Shown piece by piece: positions 58,665-64,000 of a stretch of DNA of 64,000 bases. Numbering within the stretch: the stretch's first letter is position 1; each line of letters opens with the position of its first letter. This DNA is from Mobula hypostoma (taxonomy: Eukaryota). The stretch lies in NCBI RefSeq assembly GCF_963921235.1, contig NC_086101.1, positions 1,798,001-1,862,000 on the forward strand, in the 5' to 3' direction. The translations under genes and the position numbers were made by a program. The notes below the pieces were generated by a model, which saw nothing but the letters and a program-made list of their open reading frames with translations, was not told where the DNA came from and ran no database searches.

Positions 58665-59480
58665 AACACTTTTGACTCGCCTTTTCTATTTCCTGTTGTA
58701 ATCTGCGGTTCACATCTCAGCTGCTATTGGGAGGCCTGTATATAACTGCCATCAGAGTCCTGTTACCCTTGCAGTTTCTTAACTCAACCCACAAGGATTC
58801 AACATCTTCTGATTCTGTGTCACATCTTTCTACTGATTTGATGCCATTCTTTACCAGTAGAGCCACACCACCCCCTCTGTCTACCTTCCTATCACTCCGA
58901 TATAACCTGTAACCTTGGACATTCAGCTCCCAACTACAACCATCCTTCAGCCACGATTCAGTGATGGCCACAACATCATACCTGACAATCTGTAACAGTG
59001 CAACAAGATCATCCACCTTATTTCTCATACTCCGTGCACTGAGATATAACACTTTGTGTACTATATTTGTGACCCTTTTTGATTCTGCATCCCTAGTGCA
59101 CTGACACCCACCCAGCTGACTGCAATTATGTCCTGTCACCTGCCTGCCCTTCTGACAGTCTGACTGCAGACTATCTTTGCTTTTTTTTAACCATCTGTCC
59201 TATCCTGAATCCCTTCGCTCCGGTTCCCCCCCTCCCCCAGCAAATTAGTTTCAACCCTCCCAATGACTCTAAGAAAGCTGCCCACGAGAATATTGGTCCC
59301 CCTCGGGTTCAGGTGCAACCCATCACTTCTGAACAGGTCATACCTCCCCCAGAAGAGATCCCAATGATCCAAGAACCTGAAGCCCTGCCCCCTGCACCAG
59401 TTTCTCAGCCTCACATTTATCTGCCAAATCATCCTGTTTCTACCCTCACTGGCGTGTTCCACAGGTAGCAATCCAGAAAT
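58665..59480 (-). mobile_element. CR1 ORF1-end/APE-start fragment
   Basis: ORF 59187-59471 (FLDHWDLFWGR, DGLHLN) and ORF 58717-59139 (ITESWL, YRPP). Confidence 0.8.
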
Positions 59481-61130
59481 TATAGGCCAATTAGTCTGAC
59501 CTCAGTGATTGGAAAAATGTTGGGGTCAATTGATTTCAGGGAACTCGGGGGCACAGGATAAAATAGGCCACAGTCAGCATGGTATCCTGGAGGAAAACCC
59601 TTGTCTAACAAATCTGTTCGAATTATTTGAAAAAAATAACAAGCAGGACAGACAAAGGAGAATCAGTGGATGTTGCGTACTTGGATTTTCAGAGGCCTTT
59701 AGAAAGCTGCTTAACAAGCTAGAAGGCCATAGTATTACGAAACGCTACTAGCATCGCTGAAACAATGGCTGGTTGGCAGGAGCGGGAATAAAGGCTGGTT
59801 GCTGGCGACGAGTGGTGGCCCACAGGGCTCTGTGTTCAGACTGGTTCTTATGTTATATGTCAATGATTTGGATGATGGAATTGATGGCGTTTTGACCAAA
59901 TTTGCGGATGATACGAAGATAGATGGAAGGACATGTCGTGTTGAGGAAGCTGAGAGGTCACAGTAGGAAATAGACAGATTAGAATGGACAACGAATGGCA
60001 GATGGAATACAGTGTTGGAAAGTGTATGGTCATGCACTTTGGTAGATGAAATAAAAGTGTTGACTGTCTTCTAAATGGAGAGCAAATTCAGAAATCTGAG
60101 GTACAAAGGGACTCGGGAGTCCTCGTGCAGGATTCCCTGAAGGTTAACTTGCAGGTAGAGTTGGTGGTGAGGAAGTCAAATGCAATGTTAGCATTCAGTT
60201 CAAGAGGACAAGAATATAAGAGCAAGGATATAATATTCAGACCTTTTTAGGCACTAGTGAGGTTTCACTTTGAGCTTTGTGAACAGTTTTGAGTCAATGT
60301 GTTGACATTGGAGAGGGTTCAGAGGAGTTTCACGAAAATGATTCCAGGATTGAAAGGCCTATCATAAGGAGCATGTAAGGTGACCTGATAGAGGCGTATA
60401 AGATGATAAGAGGTATTGATCGTGTGGCTAGTCAGAGGCTGAAATGGCTAGCACAAGAGGGCACGGTTTTAAAGTGGTTGGAAATAGGTACGGAGGAGAT
60501 GTCAGGGCTAAGATTTTTACGCAGAGAGTGGTGAGTGCGTGGAATGGGCTGCCGGCAAAGGTGGTGGAGGCGGGTACAATAGGGTCTTTTAAGAGACTCC
60601 TGGATGGGTATGTGGAGCTCAGAAATATAGAGGGCTATGGCTAACCGTAGGCAATTTCTAAAGTAAGTACATGTTCGACACAGCGTTGTGGGCCGAAGGC
60701 CTGTATTGTGCTGTAGGTTTTCTATGTTTCTAGGAGCATTTGATGGCTCTGGGCCTGTACTCACTGGAATTCAGAAGAATGAGGGGTGACCTCATTTAAA
60801 CTATCGAAAGTTGAAAGGTCTCAATATAGTATAGTGGATGTGGAGAGGATGTTTCCTGATGGGAAGGAGTCTAGAACTAGAGGACACAAACTCAGAACAG
60901 AAGGATGTCCATTTAGAATGGTCTGTGGAGTTCATGGCCACAGGCAGTTGTGAAGGCCAAATCATTGGGTGTATTTAAGGCAGAGGTTGATAGGTTCTTG
61001 ATTAGTCATGGCATTGTAGGATATGGGGAGAAGCAGGAGACTGAAGCTGGGAAGGATATGGATCAGCCATGATGAAATGGCAGAGCAGACTAGATGGGCT
61101 GAGTGGCCTAATTTTGCTCTATCTTGTGGT
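59480..61130 (+). mobile_element. Old CR1 RT and 3' end with a younger CR1 3' end inserted (~60375-60731)
   Basis: AGGAGCAT is duplicated at 60367-60374 and 60732-60739. Confidence 0.75.
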
Positions 61131-61139
61131 CTTAATGAA

Positions 61140-61565
61140 AATATCTGATCAGCCAATCATGTGGCAGCAAATAAGACACAGAAGCATGACCAAGAAGTTC
61201 AGTTTTTGTTCTGACCAAGCATCAGAATGGGAAGAAATGTGATTTACATGACTTTAACCGGGGAATGATTGTAGGTGCCCGATGGAATGGTTTGAGTTCT
61301 CAAAGGCTTCTGATCCAGAACACAACAGGCTCCAGAATTTTCAGAGAATGGTTCGATAAAAACATCCATTGAGCAACAGTTCTGTGGGCATAAATGCGTT
61401 GTTCATGAGGGTGGTCAGAGGTGATTAGCCAGACTAGTTCAAGCTAACAGGAAGGTGACGGTGACTCAAATAACCACTTGTTACAACGGCGGTGTGCAAA
61501 AGAGCATCCCAGAATGTTCAATACGTCAGACCTTGAAGGGTATGGCTACAGCAGCAGCAGACATG
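61140..61565 (+). mobile_element. Tc1-like remnant (second family)
   Basis: ATGGGAAGAAATGTGATTTACATGACTTTAACCGGGGAATGATTGTAGGTGCCCGA resembles the MGKKxDLSDFxRGMIVGAR transposase start; ends near MGYSSRR-like sequence. Confidence 0.65.
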
Positions 61566-61611
61566 ATGATAAAGTATCCACTGTGTGGATATCACTATTC
61601 CCCTCGCCATC

Positions 61612-62225
61612 CCTTTCAGAATCAGGTTTAGTATCACCAGCATCTGAATTTAGCAGCAGCAGTTCAATGCTATACGTAATATAGAAAAACAATAATAAAT
61701 AAATAAATAACAGTATATGTATATTGGATAGATTAAAAATCATGCAAAAACAGAAACGCTGTGTATTAAGAAAAAGTGAGGTCGTATCCAAAGATTCAAT
61801 GTCCATTTAGGAATGGGATGGCAGAGGGGAAGAAGCTGTTCATGAATCGCTGAGTGTGTGTCTTCAGGCTTCTGTACCTCCTCCCTGATGGTAACAGTGA
61901 GAAAAGGCCATGCCCTGGGTGCTGGGGGTCCTTAATAATGGACGCTGACTTTCTGAGACACCGCTCCCTGAAGATGTCCTGGGTACTTTGTAGGCTGGTG
62001 CCCAAGATGGAACTGACTAGATCTACAACCTTCTGCAGCTTCTTTCGGTCCTGTGCAGTAGCCCCTCCATACCAGACAGTGATGCAGTTTCTGAGTGTAT
62101 TTGTTGACATGCCAAATCTCTTCAAATTCCTAATGAAGTATAGCCGCTGTCTTGCCTTCTTTATAACTACATCGATGTGTTGGGACCAGGTTAGATCCTC
62201 AGAGATCCTGACACCCAGGAACTTC
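61612..62225 (-). mobile_element. Rex1/Babar-type LINE 3' fragment, same family as 16386-18430
   Basis: ORF 61796-62326: KFLGVRISEDLTW, KKARQRLYF, LPSGRRYRS. Confidence 0.85.
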
Positions 62226-62261
62226 TGGAGGCAGAGCGGAGTAATGATGGTGCAAAATGAA

Positions 62262-62755
62262 AACATAGAAACATAGAAAATAGGTGCAGGAGTAGGCCAT
62301 TCGGCCCTTCGAGCCTGCACCGCCATTCAATCTGATCATGGCTGATCATCCAACTCAGAACCCTGTATCTGCCTTCTCTCCATACCCCCTGATCTATCTA
62401 ACTCCCTCTTAAATATAGCCAATGAACTGGCCTCAATTGTCTCCTGTGACAGAGAATTCCACAGATTCACCACTCTCTGTGTGAAGAAGTTTTTCCTCAT
62501 CTTGGTCCTAAAAGGCTTCCCCTTTATCCTCAAACTGTGACCCCTCGTTCTGGACTTCCCCAACATGGGGAACAATCTTCCTGCATCTAGCCTGTCCAAT
62601 CCCTTTAGGATTTTATACGTTTCAATAAGATCCCCCCTCAATCTTCTAAATTCCAATGAGTATAAGCCTAGTCGATCCAGTCTTTCATCATATGAAAGTC
62701 CTGCCATCCCAGGAATCAATCTGGTGAACCTTCTTTGTCCTCCCTCTATGGCAAG
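62262..62755 (-). mobile_element. CR1 3' fragment
   Basis: ORF 62336-62719; (TTTCTATG)n tail. Confidence 0.85.
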
Positions 62756-63564
62756 ACTCCTTTACTTGCATCTTCGGAAACAGCTCTATTTCCATCTTTA
62801 ATATCTTTATTTTTCCCTTTCAGGGTTCCTTTGAAGACCCTGACCTGGAGTCACACACTGACCAGTTCTTAGCGGGAATGGGACCCGCCCTCAGGGTTTC
62901 TCAACTTGGCCGTTGTTCGGTACACCAAGGGCTTGGCCTAAGAGTCAGGCTCGGATTTGAAAGCCTAGGGCTCTGGAGACAGGCAGATCGAGGGGCAGTG
63001 TCACGGCAGGAGACCTGTGTGTCATCGGTGGGGGGGGGGTTGGAAAATCTACTGCTGTGGGCCCAAAGACCCAAGATCTTTGTGATCTTCAGGTACAGAG
63101 CTCAAAAAAAGCGACGTAATGGACTTTTAACATCATAAACCAGCGAGTTGTTTGTTATGTCTCTCTGTTCGCTGGGAAAACGGAGACACCTCCTTCTCCT
63201 TTATTAGGGGGAGAGAGAGAGAGCCTGTGGTATGTCGAATACTGGGTGAAATGCAAATTCTTTGGGGTAACAGCAAGTCTGTGTCTTTGCTGTTGCTTTG
63301 CTCACGCTTGAGTGCTTGGTGGTGGGTGCTGATGCTTTTTGTCAGTGGGGGAAGGGGGATTGTTGCTCGCTGCCACTTACGTGCGAGGGAGGGAGCTGTG
63401 GGGGGGGCTTTAGGGTTCTAACATTTAACTGTCGTTCATTCTTGGGGCACTCTGTTTTTGTGAATGTTTGCGAAGAAAAAGCATTTCAGGAAGTATATTG
63501 TATACATTTCTCTGACATTAAATTGTACCTTTGAACCTTTCAACTTGAACCTGCTCACTCTCTC

Positions 63565-64000
63565 CAGAGGAGGTTCATGGGGATGATTCTGGGAATGAAG
63601 GGGTTAGGATATGAGGAGCATTTGGTAGCTTTGGGCCTGTACTCACGAGAATTTAGAAGAATGTGTGGGGATCTCATTGAAACCTACTGTATATTGAAAA
63701 GACTAGATAGGATGGATGTTGAAAGGACATTTCCTATGGTGGGGGTATCCAGAACTAGAGGGCACAGCCTCAAAATTGAGGGGTGTCCCTTTAGAACAGA
63801 GGTAAGTAGGATTTTTTTTTAGGCAAAGATTAGTAAATCTGTGGAATGTTCTGCCACAGACTGCGGCGGAGGCAACGTCCATGAGTGTACTTAGGTGGAA
63901 GTTGATTGTTTCCTGATCGGTCAGGGCATCAAAGGATTTGGCAAGAAGGGACGTATGGAGCACATGATGTGTGGGATTGTGTGGGATTGAGTGGGATATG
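63565..64000 (+). mobile_element. CR1 3' fragment
   Basis: ORF 63577-63822 (GDLIETY, TRGHSLKI). Confidence 0.8.

Overview
Eukaryotic (vertebrate) intronic DNA, most likely from a cartilaginous fish such as a ray or shark. This is inferred from the very dense CR1 LINEs, a V-SINE/HE1-type SINE, Rex1/Babar and Penelope-like elements. By eye, the great majority of the window is nested transposon debris: many CR1 copies (one near full-length with both ORFs open, ~23701-27920, minus), Rex1/Babar LINEs, Penelope-like element (PLE) remnants whose terminal repeats carry minimal hammerhead ribozymes, a Gypsy remnant, three Tc1 remnants and a probable hAT remnant. Four phase-1/phase-1 exons of one plus-strand host gene are hidden in this debris (22697-22966, 36139-36255, 36355-36456, 49346-49474). 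They splice in frame into a C2-type Ig domain followed by at least three transmembrane helices, one per exon; the gene's start and end appear to lie outside the window. Main leads: (1) this multi-pass Ig receptor with a CD47-like architecture on a CD2/SLAM/HEPACAM-like Ig domain; (2) a U_UUA_AAC slippery heptamer at the CR1 ORF1/ORF2 junction with an AUG-less ORF2 in the -1 frame, suggesting programmed -1 frameshifting; (3) hammerhead-bearing PLE terminal-repeat insertions with 14-17 bp target duplications. Most short ORFs in the track are antisense or out-of-frame readings of repeats. Repeat boundaries are approximate (read by eye).
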